A stretch of 32,000 bases of DNA from Moraxella nasovis (GTDB lineage Bacteria; Pseudomonadota; Gammaproteobacteria; Pseudomonadales; Moraxellaceae). Within the stretch, counting starts at the first letter, position 1, and each line of letters starts with the position of its first letter. Under the pieces are notes generated by a model, which searched no databases, had not been told where the DNA came from, and saw only the letters and a list, made by a program, of their open reading frames with translations. A program made the translations under genes and the position numbers. This document shows, in pieces, positions 1-10,461 of this stretch. Where the stretch lies: positions 990,001 to 1,022,000 of the forward strand of contig NZ_CP089976.1 in NCBI RefSeq assembly GCF_022701215.1. The letters are read 5' to 3'.

Positions 1-1164
1 AAGATTGACAGCTTTAGCGATAAAATTGATATTGGTGAATTTCGCTCACAAATCGCAGGGCTTGTCAAAGATTTTGACGCTCGTGAATTTTTAAATCCCA
101 AAGAGATTCGCCGTTTTGATGAATTTATGCACTACGCCCAAGTAGTAGCCGCCCAAGCCTTATATCATGCAGGGCTGATAGACGACATCAAAGGCGACAG
201 CCTACCCATCAATGTGGACGGCAAGCGTTTTGGGGTGGTGATGGGGTCTGGTATTGGTGGTATCGGAACGATTGAAAACAGCCGAGATACCCTCAAGGCG
301 TTTGGGGCAAAAAAAGTCTCGCCTTTTATCATACCAGGGGCAATCGTCAATATGCCAGCAGGGCTTATCGCCATTCGCCATGCTCTAAAAGGGGCAAACC
401 TTGCCACCTCCACTGCCTGCACCACCTCTACGCACGCCATCGGATTGGGGGCAAGATTGATTGCTTATGGCGACCTTGATGCGGTATTGGTCGGTGGTAG
501 CGAAAAAGCCTCCACACCGCTTGGCTTGGCAGGCTTTGGGGCAATGCACGCCCTATCAACACGCAATGACGAACCCACCAAAGCAAGTCGCCCCTTTGAT
601 AAAGACCGTGATGGCTTTGTGTTGGGTGATGGGGCAGGGGCATTGGTATTAGAAAGCCTAGCTTTCGCCAAAGCTCGTGGGGCGACCATCTTAGCGGAGC
701 TTGTGGGCTTTGGCATGAGCGATGACGCAAGCCACATCACCGCACCGCCTGACAATGGCGAAGGGGCAAAACGTGCCATGCAAAACGCCCTAAATGACGC
801 AGGACTAAATGCCGATATGATAGGCTATGTCAATGCACACGGCACCAGTACGCCAGCAGGCGATGTCGCTGAAAGCCGCGCCATTCAAGCTTTGTTTGGC
901 GATGATATTTTGGTCAGCTCAACCAAATCCATGACAGGACACCTACTTGGGGCAGCAGGGGCGGTGGAAGCCATCTTCACTATCCTTGCTCTACAACACC
1001 AACACCTACCCCCCACCATCAACTTAGATAATCCTGATGAGCGTTGCACCTTAGACTACATTGCCCATACCGCCCGCAGTGTCAATAATGTCAATTATGC
1101 CATCTCAAATAGCTTTGGGTTTGGGGGTACAAACGGCAGTTTGGTATTTGGTCGCTTTGCATAG
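1..1164 (+). CDS. fabF: beta-ketoacyl-ACP synthase II (KAS II); 5' end lies outside the window
   Basis: Frame 1 is open from nt 1 (KIDSFSDKIDIGEFRSQIAGLVKDFDAREFLNPKEIRRFDEFMHYA...), so the listed ATG at 127 is internal. KAS motifs are present: active-site Cys context ATSTACTTSTH, NAHGTSTPAGD, SMTGHLLGAAG, NSFGFGGTNGSL. Confidence 0.9.
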   Translation, partial: KIDSFSDKIDIGEFRSQIAGLVKDFDAREFLNPKEIRRFDEFMHYAQVVAAQALYHAGLIDDIKGDSLPINVDGKRFGVVMGSGIGGIGTIENSRDTLKAFGAKKVSPFIIPGAIVNMPAGLIAIRHALKGANLATSTACTTSTHAIGLGARLIAYGDLDAVLVGGSEKASTPLGLAGFGAMHALSTRNDEPTKASRPFDKDRDGFVLGDGAGALVLESLAFAKARGATILAELVGFGMSDDASHITAPPDNGEGAKRAMQNALNDAGLNADMIGYVNAHGTSTPAGDVAESRAIQALFGDDILVSSTKSMTGHLLGAAGAVEAIFTILALQHQHLPPTINLDNPDERCTLDYIAHTARSVNNVNYAISNSFGFGGTNGSLVFGRFA

Positions 1165-1323
1165 CACACGCTTAACCAAACCGCCTTTGGCTAGGTTGGT
1201 AAATCCAGCTTATCCAAAGGCAGGTTAGCTACTAACCTTAGGTTGGGTCAAGCTTGTAAGACCTAACCTTTATATGTGTTGAGATTGGCGTAGTATTTTT
1301 TGCTCATATTTAAGCCATGTTTT

Positions 1324-1362
1324 AAGCCCAAGCTTTACTATATAAAAGCTTGGGCTTTTTTT
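1324..1362 (+). terminator. Rho-independent terminator-like hairpin downstream of fabF
   Basis: A perfect 12-bp stem, AAGCCCAAGCTT (1324-1335) with AAGCTTGGGCTT (1346-1357), is followed by a T-run to 1362. Confidence 0.6.
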
Positions 1363-1532
1363 ATTTAGCAAGTCTTTAAAAATAAGCCCAACATCACTAC
1401 ACAAGCGCCCCAAAAGATTGGGGCGGATTTTGGGTATTAAATAGACAGTATATATAATATATAGAGTATGGACCCCAAATTTTGGGTATCAGCTGTGGTG
1501 CTAAATTGAGCCACTGATGTCATCGGCATATG

Positions 1533-1546
1533 GTTTCACATGGAAC
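1533..1546. repeat. degenerate copy of the 14-bp palindrome (GTTTCACATGGAAC, 2 mismatches)
   Basis: Sits just 3' of the hisH stop. Compare with the consensus GTTTCACGTGAAAC found elsewhere in the window. Confidence 0.4.
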
Positions 1547-1547
1547 A

Positions 1548-2195
1548 TCATATTTGCCAATTGACGAAATTTGACAGCAATTTTAGACCAGCGTGATGGC
1601 TTTTTTCTGGGTGAAATTGCGTGATGAATAGATTGTCTTTGATGACACTGGCACAAAATTTTACCCCATAATCACACGTCGCCACAATAGCCCCAGCGTT
1701 GCGAGCATCTGCCATATCAGGGGTGCAATAATAACTGTGCGTAAAATAAAAATGCTCACCGCCACAGCCGTCCCACAGCACATGGTCGGTGTCGGTATTG
1801 ACCGCATTCCAGCCGACATGGGGGATTTTGATTGGTTGGTCGCAGTCTGTCCATGTGTCGTCAAATTTTTGGACATTACCTGCCAAAATACCAAGACAAT
1901 CTACTCGTCCGCCTTCGGTAGAATAATCAAACATCGCCTGCATACCCACACAAATCGCCATGACAGGCTTGGTCAATAAAGCGTCCTTGACTGCCACGTC
2001 CACCCCTGCATTTTTCATGTGCATCATGGCATCGCCAATCGCCCCCACACCCGGTAGCATGACCTTGTCCGCCTGTTTGATGTCGGCAGGTCTATTGGTT
2101 AAGATGACCTTTGCACCTGATTTGGTGAGTGCATTTGCCACAGAATATAAATTCCCCACGCCATAGTCAAGCAAAGCAATTTTTGAAAAATTCAT
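1548..2195 (-). CDS. hisH: imidazole glycerol phosphate synthase, glutamine amidotransferase subunit
   Basis: 215 aa with class-I GATase features: LLDYGVGNLYSV, PGVGAIGDAM, the nucleophile-Cys context MAICVGMQ, and FHPEKS. A Shine-Dalgarno (SD) AAGGG lies upstream, and the gene follows hisB. Confidence 0.9.
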   Translation of the reverse strand: MNFSKIALLDYGVGNLYSVANALTKSGAKVILTNRPADIKQADKVMLPGVGAIGDAMMHMKNAGVDVAVKDALLTKPVMAICVGMQAMFDYSTEGGRVDCLGILAGNVQKFDDTWTDCDQPIKIPHVGWNAVNTDTDHVLWDGCGGEHFYFTHSYYCTPDMADARNAGAIVATCDYGVKFCASVIKDNLFITQFHPEKSHHAGLKLLSNFVNWQI

Positions 2196-2241
2196 GATAA
2201 ACCCTTAGCCGATATCATTTAGTTGATACAATTAACCTAAT

Positions 2242-2279
2242 ACAATATTAAGTCAATAAAACAATATTAAGTCAATAAA
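2242..2279. repeat. perfect 19-nt tandem duplication (ACAATATTAAGTCAATAAA x2) in the hisB-hisH spacer
   Basis: Read directly: 2242-2260 equals 2261-2279. The pair is flanked by TAGCCGATA (about 2208) and AAGCCGATA (about 2283). Confidence 0.85.
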
Positions 2280-2309
2280 ATTAAGCCGATACAGCCAAAC
2301 ACATTGTTA

Positions 2310-2906
2310 TTACAGCACATTCTTGGTAGATGGCAATGCCCCATTGGCACGCTCATCAATCTCACACGCCATACGCAAGGCACGGGCGAGTGCTTTGAAC
2401 ACGCTTTCTATTTGATGATGGCTGTTCTTGCCTTTTAGGTTGTCAATGTGCAGTGTGATGGCGGCATTGTTGACAAGACCATAAAAAAACTCGCTGAACA
2501 AATCCACGTCCAATCTGCCCACATAAGCACGAGTAAATGGCACGTCCATATGCAGGCTTGGGCGACCTGAAATATCCACCACCACACGGCTTAGGCTCTC
2601 ATCAAGCGGTGCATAAAAATGCCCATAACGGCGAATGCCTTTTTTGTCGCCCAAGGCAATTTTTAGGGCTTGACCAAGTGCGATGCCAATGTCTTCTACG
2701 CTGTGATGGTCATCAATGTGCGTATCGCCTGTGCATTTGATTTCAAGGTCAAACAAACCATGGCGAGTGATTTGCTCTAACATATGATCCAAAAATGGTA
2801 CGCCTGTATCTAGCTGACTTTTGCCTGTGCCGTCAATGTTGATGGCAACAAAAATCTGCGTCTCGGCGGTGTTTCGGCTAATTTGTGCGGTGCGTGGGGC
2901 GTTCAT
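2310..2906 (-). CDS. hisB: imidazoleglycerol-phosphate dehydratase
   Basis: IGPD motifs are present: [41 protein letters not shown] moved the start to the internal ATG at 2906 ([16 protein letters not shown]), which has a GGAG SD. The upstream 20 codons of the listed ORF look non-native. Confidence 0.88.
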   Translation of the reverse strand: MNAPRTAQISRNTAETQIFVAINIDGTGKSQLDTGVPFLDHMLEQITRHGLFDLEIKCTGDTHIDDHHSVEDIGIALGQALKIALGDKKGIRRYGHFYAPLDESLSRVVVDISGRPSLHMDVPFTRAYVGRLDVDLFSEFFYGLVNNAAITLHIDNLKGKNSHHQIESVFKALARALRMACEIDERANGALPSTKNVL

Positions 2907-3026
2907 GACATCTCCTGTCTTGGCATTTGCTTGACAAAAACACCATTTTACACAAAATTTACTCATTTTGGGGGAAATTTTTATGAAAAATCAGCCCCAA
3001 GATGTCATAAACTTATGCCATAAACT

Positions 3027-3055
3027 TTGCCAATCAAAGTGCTTTGGATTATAAT
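3027..3055 (+). promoter_or_regulatory. putative sigma70 promoter for def
   Basis: TTGCCA (3027-3032), a 17-nt spacer, then TATAAT (3050-3055), about 30 nt upstream of the def ATG. Confidence 0.5.
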
Positions 3056-3085
3056 GAGATAACTCAACCTTTAATCGAGATAACT

Positions 3086-3598
3086 ATGGCACTTTTACCG
3101 ATTTTACATTATCCAGACCCACGCCTGCGGACGGTCGCCAAAGATGTTTTGGTGATTGATGATGACATCAAAACACTCATCAAAGATATGTTTGAGACCA
3201 TGTATAATGCCCAAGGCATAGGCTTGGCTGCCACCCAAGTAGACAGACACATTCGTGTGGTGGTGATGGATTTGGCAGGACAAGATGAAGATCCACAACC
3301 AAAAGTCTATATCAACCCCAAAGTAACTCCACTCACCGATGAGGTCGCCCCCTACAAAGAAGGCTGTCTGTCTATCCCAGAGGTGTATGATGAGGTGTCT
3401 CGCCCCACTCGTGTCCGCATAGAGGCATTAGATGAGCATGGCGATGAATTTAGCGTAGAAGCAGACGGACTGCTTGCGGTGTGTATTCAGCACGAGCTTG
3501 ACCATCTTAATGGCGTGGTATTCGTAGATTATTTGTCTCGCCTAAAACAAGACCGTGCCAGAGATAAAGTACGCAAAGTTACCGCCAAAAACACCTAA
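3086..3598 (+). CDS. def: peptide deformylase
   Basis: The three PDF motifs are present: [14 protein letters not shown] and QHELDHLNG. The start is set at ATG 3086 ([15 protein letters not shown]), the typical Def N-terminus. Confidence 0.92.
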   Translation: MALLPILHYPDPRLRTVAKDVLVIDDDIKTLIKDMFETMYNAQGIGLAATQVDRHIRVVVMDLAGQDEDPQPKVYINPKVTPLTDEVAPYKEGCLSIPEVYDEVSRPTRVRIEALDEHGDEFSVEADGLLAVCIQHELDHLNGVVFVDYLSRLKQDRARDKVRKVTAKNT

Positions 3599-3630
3599 TC
3601 AAAACATCTAATCAAATCAAAACACCCAAT

Positions 3631-3658
3631 AAAAACCCAAGATAAACTCTTGGGTTTT
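3631..3658. terminator. bidirectional terminator hairpin between def and the convergent thioesterase gene
   Basis: An 8-bp stem, ACCCAAGA with TCTTGGGT, and loop TAAAC. It is flanked by an A-run on the left and a T-run on the right. Confidence 0.55.
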
Positions 3659-3690
3659 GGGTATCAAAAATCCAACTCAATAAAGGTTAG

Positions 3691-4230
3691 TTAAGGAAAA
3701 GGACGCAGTTTATCGGCATCAATCCACGCCTGCACCCATTCATCAGGTGGCAGACTGACATCATGATAACCAAGCTGATTGAGCACATCTTGACTATCAA
3801 TGCTCTTGCCTGTTTTGATGTTGGTAACGGCGGTGCGTAGCAAGGCATGACAAGCACATACCCCTTTGACCCACAAGGTTTGTTCCATATAAAACCAACG
3901 CCCATCAATGGCTACGACACGAGTTTTCATGGTAACTTTGTCAAAGGCACGGATACGCTTTTTGTATTGAATGGTACTACCTGCTACCACAAACCCCCAA
4001 CGGTTTTCAAGCAGTTTTTTGCCAAGTCCTGCCCTAATGGCAAAATCCGTCCGCCCCAAATCAAATAGCGTAAAAATCCGTCCGTTATTCATCTCCAAAA
4101 AATTATCAATGTCATTTAATTGCACCGTAAATTGGTATGTGGCGGTGTCGGTCAAGCGAAGTTTGTCGCCTTGTTTAAAGTCTAATGAGCTTTTGGCTAG
4201 GGTTTTGGCTAAACGTAAAAATGGGTACAT
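3691..4230 (-). CDS. hotdog-fold acyl-CoA thioesterase family protein
   Basis: 179 aa. The pattern NDIDNFLEMNNGRIFTLFDLGRTDF...GFVVAGSTIQYKKRIRAFDKV resembles thioesterase-superfamily proteins. An SD GAAGG lies upstream. The family assignment comes from memory of the fold signature and is not verified. Confidence 0.6.
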   Translation of the reverse strand: MYPFLRLAKTLAKSSLDFKQGDKLRLTDTATYQFTVQLNDIDNFLEMNNGRIFTLFDLGRTDFAIRAGLGKKLLENRWGFVVAGSTIQYKKRIRAFDKVTMKTRVVAIDGRWFYMEQTLWVKGVCACHALLRTAVTNIKTGKSIDSQDVLNQLGYHDVSLPPDEWVQAWIDADKLRPFP

Positions 4231-4305
4231 AATCTACCTTCTTTGGTTTGATGAGTATGGTTGTGCATCAACAGCAAATATTTAAAACATTGAAAAAACA
4301 AGTCG

Positions 4306-6153
4306 TCAGCCGTCCATCTCTCCTAAAAATCCGCCACTTTGTCTTGCCCAAAGCCCTGCATAAATACCGCCACGAGCGATAAGTTCATCATGACTGCCCA
4401 TCTCCACAATCTCCCCTTTATCCATGACAACCAGCTTATCTAGGCTTGCAATCGTGGAGAGACGATGGGCGATGGCGATGACGGTTTTGCCGGTCATCAT
4501 GTCGTCTAGGCTTTGAGTGATGGCGTGTTCTACTTCACTATCTAGGGCGGATGTGGCTTCATCAAGCAGTAAAATCGGTGCGTTTTTGAGCATGACACGA
4601 GCGATGGCGATACGCTGACGCTGACCACCAGACAGCTTAACCCCCCGCTCGCCGACTTGTACATCAAGCCCTGTATTGCCATATTTGTCGTGTAGGCTTT
4701 GGATAAACTCCCACGCATGGGCTTTTTTGGCAGCCATGATAATCTCATCATCAGTCGCATCAGGTCTGCCATAGGCGATGTTTTCTCGCACGGTGCGGTG
4801 AAGTAGGGACGTGTCTTGGGTTACCATGCCGATTTGATGGCGAAGTGAGTTTTGGGTAACTTGGCTGATGTCTTGACCATCAATACAAATTCGCCCACCG
4901 TCCACATCATAAAATCTTAGCAACAGATTGACAAGGCTAGATTTACCCGCCCCACTTCGCCCCACCAGACCGACTTTCTCGCCTGCTTTGATGCTAAGAT
5001 TAAATTGATTAAATAGCCCAAGTTGATCATCACCACGCCCATAATTAAACACCATCTCATCAAAAACAATATCCCCTGCCGTCACCACCAAATCCTTGGC
5101 ACCATCTTTGTCTGTGATGGCGTGTGGCATGGTCAGTGTTCCCATACCATCTTGCACCGTACCGATATGCTCAAACAAAGTTGCCGTCTGCCACATGATC
5201 CACTGAATCATGCCTTTTAATCTAAGGGCAATACCACTTGCCACCGCAATCGCCCCCACCGTAACCTGCCCTTGTGTCCACAGATAGACACCGATGGCAG
5301 TAGAGCCGACAATCATCATCAAAGACAACAGTTCAGTGGTCGTACCTAGCAAAGACACCCACCGCATTTGGGCGTGGACAGTACTCATAAAGTCCGTCAT
5401 GGCGGATTTGGAATAATCTAGCTCACGGTGTGAATGGCTAAATAATTTGACCGCACTGATGTTGGCATAAGCGTCCGTGATACGCCCTGTCATCAAGGCT
5501 CGTGCGTCCGCCTGCATACTTGCGGTTCGTTTTAGACGTGGCAAAAAAATTTTCATAATCACGCCTGCACAAACAAGCCACGCCACAAATGGCAAGAACA
5601 GCCACACATCAAGCCCAAACAAAATCACACCGCTCGTTACAAGATAAGCGATAACAAATGACATCATCTCCGCCATCGTCATAATCGTATCACGCACGGC
5701 AAGAGCGGTTTGCATCACCTTGGCAGACACACGCCCTGAAAATTCATCTTGATAAAACTGCATGGATTGCCCAAGCATGTGCTTATGAAACCACCATCTA
5801 AGTCGCATGGGAAACACGCCTTGCAAGGTCTGAAAGTGGATCAAATTCCCCAAAAACTCGCCAATGATAGACAAGACACACAAGCCCAAAATCAGCATGA
5901 TGGTCGCCCCTTTTTCTTGCCAAAGGGTCTGTGGGCTATAAGTGGTCAGCCAATCTACCACATCACCTGCCCAAGCAAATAACAGCGAACCAAATATTCC
6001 CAAAAGCATGGATAATAGCATACGCATCAGTATCCAGCCACGAGCACCCGCCGTACACGCCCACAAAAAGGCAAATAATCCGTCTTTGGCGGTGGGCATG
6101 GGGGTGTCAGGATAAGTGTCTAGGCGGTTTTCAAAGTAGGAAAATAGGGACAT
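4306..6153 (-). CDS. ABC transporter, fused permease/ATP-binding exporter (MsbA/multidrug-like)
   Basis: 615 aa. The N-terminal half is hydrophobic with about 6 TM segments. The C-terminal NBD has Walker A GRSGAGKSS, signature LSGGQRQR, Walker B ILLLDEATSALD and the H-loop AIAHRL. Confidence 0.88.
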   Translation of the reverse strand: MSLFSYFENRLDTYPDTPMPTAKDGLFAFLWACTAGARGWILMRMLLSMLLGIFGSLLFAWAGDVVDWLTTYSPQTLWQEKGATIMLILGLCVLSIIGEFLGNLIHFQTLQGVFPMRLRWWFHKHMLGQSMQFYQDEFSGRVSAKVMQTALAVRDTIMTMAEMMSFVIAYLVTSGVILFGLDVWLFLPFVAWLVCAGVIMKIFLPRLKRTASMQADARALMTGRITDAYANISAVKLFSHSHRELDYSKSAMTDFMSTVHAQMRWVSLLGTTTELLSLMMIVGSTAIGVYLWTQGQVTVGAIAVASGIALRLKGMIQWIMWQTATLFEHIGTVQDGMGTLTMPHAITDKDGAKDLVVTAGDIVFDEMVFNYGRGDDQLGLFNQFNLSIKAGEKVGLVGRSGAGKSSLVNLLLRFYDVDGGRICIDGQDISQVTQNSLRHQIGMVTQDTSLLHRTVRENIAYGRPDATDDEIIMAAKKAHAWEFIQSLHDKYGNTGLDVQVGERGVKLSGGQRQRIAIARVMLKNAPILLLDEATSALDSEVEHAITQSLDDMMTGKTVIAIAHRLSTIASLDKLVVMDKGEIVEMGSHDELIARGGIYAGLWARQSGGFLGEMDG

Positions 6154-6205
6154 GAGTTTTTTTTTATAAATGATACGATTAAAACTTACTATTATAACAG
6201 TTTAT

Positions 6206-6233
6206 CATCACATAAACAAAAAACCGCCCAAAG
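6206..6233 (-). terminator. Rho-independent terminator ending the thiC transcript
   Basis: The minus strand reads AGCCGTCC-TTT-GGGCGGTT followed by TTTTTT. It sits about 190 nt downstream of the thiC stop. Confidence 0.5.
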
Positions 6234-6423
6234 GACGGCTTTTGTGGTGGTTTTATTTTCGGCTATGGCTTGAAAAGTATGCTGACAAGAAAACCGTTTG
6301 TGGTGAGCTATGCCTGCCCATGACGGTTTTCCCGCCCTTCGATAGTTCGGCAAGCTCACTACTCAGGGCGAACAAAAAACCAAACTAACACACTTTTTGA
6401 ACCACCCCCTTATTTTCTTATGG

Positions 6424-8298
<1,875 letters not shown>

Positions 8299-8369
8299 TT
8301 AACAAATCAAGCCAATAAAGAAATTTTGCCCGTATGGTTGCCAATGGCGGAAAAATGACTTTGATTAAC

Positions 8370-8462
8370 TTGATTCCTACGGCAGTATTAACTGCATCAG
8401 GTTCAACGGATTTTGTGTTAAAAGACACAATCTCGGCAATCTAAAATTGCACTCCGTCAAGT
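8370..8462 (-). promoter_or_regulatory. TPP (THI-box) riboswitch in the thiC leader
   Basis: The minus strand reads GACGGAGUGCAAUUUUAGAUUGCCGAGAUUGUGUCUUUUAACACAAAAUCCGUUGAACCUGAUGCAGUUAAUACUGCCGUAGGAAUC. It contains the conserved GAACCUGAU...UAAUAC...CGUAGGAA core. A GCCGAGA element stands in for the usual GCUGAGA. Confidence 0.85.
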
Positions 8463-8638
8463 TAATTACATTGTAACACAACAAATCCCCAAAAAACCAA
8501 ACCATATTTTTTGATAAACATAAAATATTTTTATCTTTTAGGGAAAGTCTCTTGTTATTCATCAGTGTGCTTGTTATCATATGGGGTTGTTATCATTTGG
8601 TTGTCATTTTGTTATTCAAGGATTGTATAAGGATTGCT

Positions 8639-9892
8639 ATGAAAGTGATTGTGCTAGGCGGTGGTGTGATTGGTGTTACATCTGCTTATTATCTTGCCAA
8701 ACAAGGTGTTGATGTAACCGTCATTGAACGCCAAGCAAATGTTGCCGAAGAGACAAGTTTTGCCAATGCAGGGCAAATCTCCCCCGGTTATTCCACCCCT
8801 TGGGCAGCCCCCGGCATCCCTGCCAAGGCTACCAAATGGCTATTTCAAAAACACGCCCCCTTTGCCATCGTACCTGACGGCACACTTTGGCAGACCCAAT
8901 GGGCAAAGCAAATGTTCGCCAACTGTACCGCCGAACGCTACGCCATCAACAAAGAACGCATGATGCGTGTCGCTGAATATAGCCGAGACTGCCTGCAAGC
9001 ACTCCGCCAAGACACAGGCATCAATTATGAACATCGCACCAAAGGCACACTACAATTATTTAGAAAACAAGCCCAACTAGACGTGGTGGGTCGTGATATT
9101 GAAGTGTTAAAAGAATGCGGTGTCGCTTATGAGCTATTAGGTCGTGATGAATTATCTCGTGCCGAGCCTGCTTTGGCACACGCCAAAGATAAGCTTGTGG
9201 GCGGACTAAGACTGCCCAATGATGAGACAGGCGATTGCAATTTATTCACCAAAGGCTTGGCAAAAATCGCCGAAACTTTGGGGGTAAAATTCTTATTCAA
9301 TCAGACCGTACAAGAAATACAGCACAACGGACAGACCATCACAGGCGTATTAGTTGATGGCAAAATCCTTAAAGCAGATGCTTATGTATTAGCATTTGGT
9401 AGCTATTCTCGTGCCATCGCCAAACACTTAGGATTAAGCCTGCCTGTCTATCCTGTCAAGGGGTATTCTTTGACCATACCTATTATTGATGAAAGCCTTG
9501 CCCCTGTCTCAACCGTGCTTGATGAGACTTATAAGATTGCCATCACTCGCTTTGATAATCGCATTCGTGTCGGTGGTATGGCAGAATTATCAGGATTTAA
9601 TTTAAAACTAAACCCACAGCGTCGTGCCACCCTTGAAATGGTAACCCGTGACCTATTCCCCGCAGGCGACCTATCGCAGGCGAGCTTTTGGACAGGTCTT
9701 CGCCCCATGACACCAGATGGCACGCCCATCATCGGCGAAACTTCTTTTGATAACTTGTTCATCAATACAGGGCATGGCACACTTGGCTGGACGATGGCGT
9801 GCGGTTCAGGCAAGCTTGTCGCTGACATCATCACCAAACAAACCCCAGACATCAGCCTAGATGGTCTGTCTTTGGCACGCTATCAACGATAA
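8639..9892 (+). CDS. dadA: D-amino acid dehydrogenase, FAD-dependent
   Basis: [23 protein letters not shown] is the Rossmann GxGxxG start. Close block similarity to E. coli DadA as I remember it: [33 protein letters not shown]. The start is moved to ATG 8639, because the listed upstream 29 codons are hydrophobic junk. Confidence 0.9.
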   Translation: MKVIVLGGGVIGVTSAYYLAKQGVDVTVIERQANVAEETSFANAGQISPGYSTPWAAPGIPAKATKWLFQKHAPFAIVPDGTLWQTQWAKQMFANCTAERYAINKERMMRVAEYSRDCLQALRQDTGINYEHRTKGTLQLFRKQAQLDVVGRDIEVLKECGVAYELLGRDELSRAEPALAHAKDKLVGGLRLPNDETGDCNLFTKGLAKIAETLGVKFLFNQTVQEIQHNGQTITGVLVDGKILKADAYVLAFGSYSRAIAKHLGLSLPVYPVKGYSLTIPIIDESLAPVSTVLDETYKIAITRFDNRIRVGGMAELSGFNLKLNPQRRATLEMVTRDLFPAGDLSQASFWTGLRPMTPDGTPIIGETSFDNLFINTGHGTLGWTMACGSGKLVADIITKQTPDISLDGLSLARYQR

Positions 9893-9934
9893 CAACCAAC
9901 TACCAACAACCCATTTAATCAACAAGGATAATTC

Positions 9935-10285
9935 ATGAGCAACATCACCAAACTTGACAGCAACGACAGCCTAAGCGAAATCGCCATTCATCAAGGCGTG
10001 GTCTATTTGGCAGGGCAAGTACCCAATGACGACAGCCTAGATATTAAAGGACAATCTCGTGAAGTATTCGCCAATATAGACGAAGCCCTTGCCAAGGCAG
10101 GTACAGATAAATCAAAACTGCTATCTGCTCAGGTGTTCATTACCGATTTGGCGAATTTTGACGCATTTAATGCCGAGTGGAATGCGTGGGTGCAAGGCAT
10201 CACACCCCCTGCTCGTGCGACCATTGAAGCAAAATTAGTCAATCCAAAATGGCTGATTGAGATTATGGTCATCGCAGCCATTTAA
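9935..10285 (+). CDS. RidA/YjgF family reactive-intermediate deaminase
   Basis: 116 aa with a YjgF-like pattern: VYLAGQVP, VFITDLANFDAFNAEW, PARATIEA. Its position downstream of dadA is functionally coherent, since RidA proteins quench imine intermediates. Confidence 0.8.
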   Translation: MSNITKLDSNDSLSEIAIHQGVVYLAGQVPNDDSLDIKGQSREVFANIDEALAKAGTDKSKLLSAQVFITDLANFDAFNAEWNAWVQGITPPARATIEAKLVNPKWLIEIMVIAAI

Positions 10286-10321
10286 TCAATAAGGATTTAA
10301 TATCAATAAGCTCATCACACC

Positions 10322-10366
10322 AAAGCACCAAGCCTAGATATTTGTAGGGTTTGGTGCTTTTTTTTG
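10322..10366 (+). terminator. Rho-independent terminator after the dadA/RidA-family unit
   Basis: AAAGCACCAAGCC pairs with GGGTTTGGTGCTTT to form the stem, followed by TTTTTTT. Confidence 0.65.
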
Positions 10367-10461
10367 GGTTGTGATAAAGTTAGATTATGGTTGTGGTTGA
10401 TTGGGATAAAGTTGAAATTTTGATGGGCTAAGCATCTTAAGTACATCAAACATTTAAGTAA

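Noticed and set aside
165-779. Antisense and alternative-frame ORFs within fabF. The same applies to shadow ORFs inside hisH, thiC, the ABC exporter, guaA, gyrB, recF, dnaN, dnaA, dadA, mnmE, ribD and the helicase gene.
   Set aside because: Each lies wholly inside a longer ORF with strong family motifs on the other strand or in another frame, and their translations have no recognisable features.
1408-1490. The recurring short string TTTTGGGTAT (about 1428, 1471 and 3654) and the AT-dinucleotide palindrome near 1441-1470
   Set aside because: It is short and low-complexity, and I have too few copies to separate it from chance or from terminator-flank composition. I noted it but do not call it a repeat family.
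2907-2966. N-terminal extensions of listed ORFs for hisB. The same applies to def 3044-3085, dadA 8552-8638, dnaA 24507-24584, nrdR 29376-29393, ribD 29824-29853 and recF 21854-21880.
   Set aside because: Internal starts give canonical family N-termini with better SD sequences or tight coupling to the upstream stop. The extensions are hydrophobic or odd, or they overlap neighbouring genes.
8377-8580. A 67-aa ORF on the minus strand upstream of thiC
   Set aside because: It overlaps the TPP riboswitch aptamer, and the RNA element explains the conservation-like structure better.
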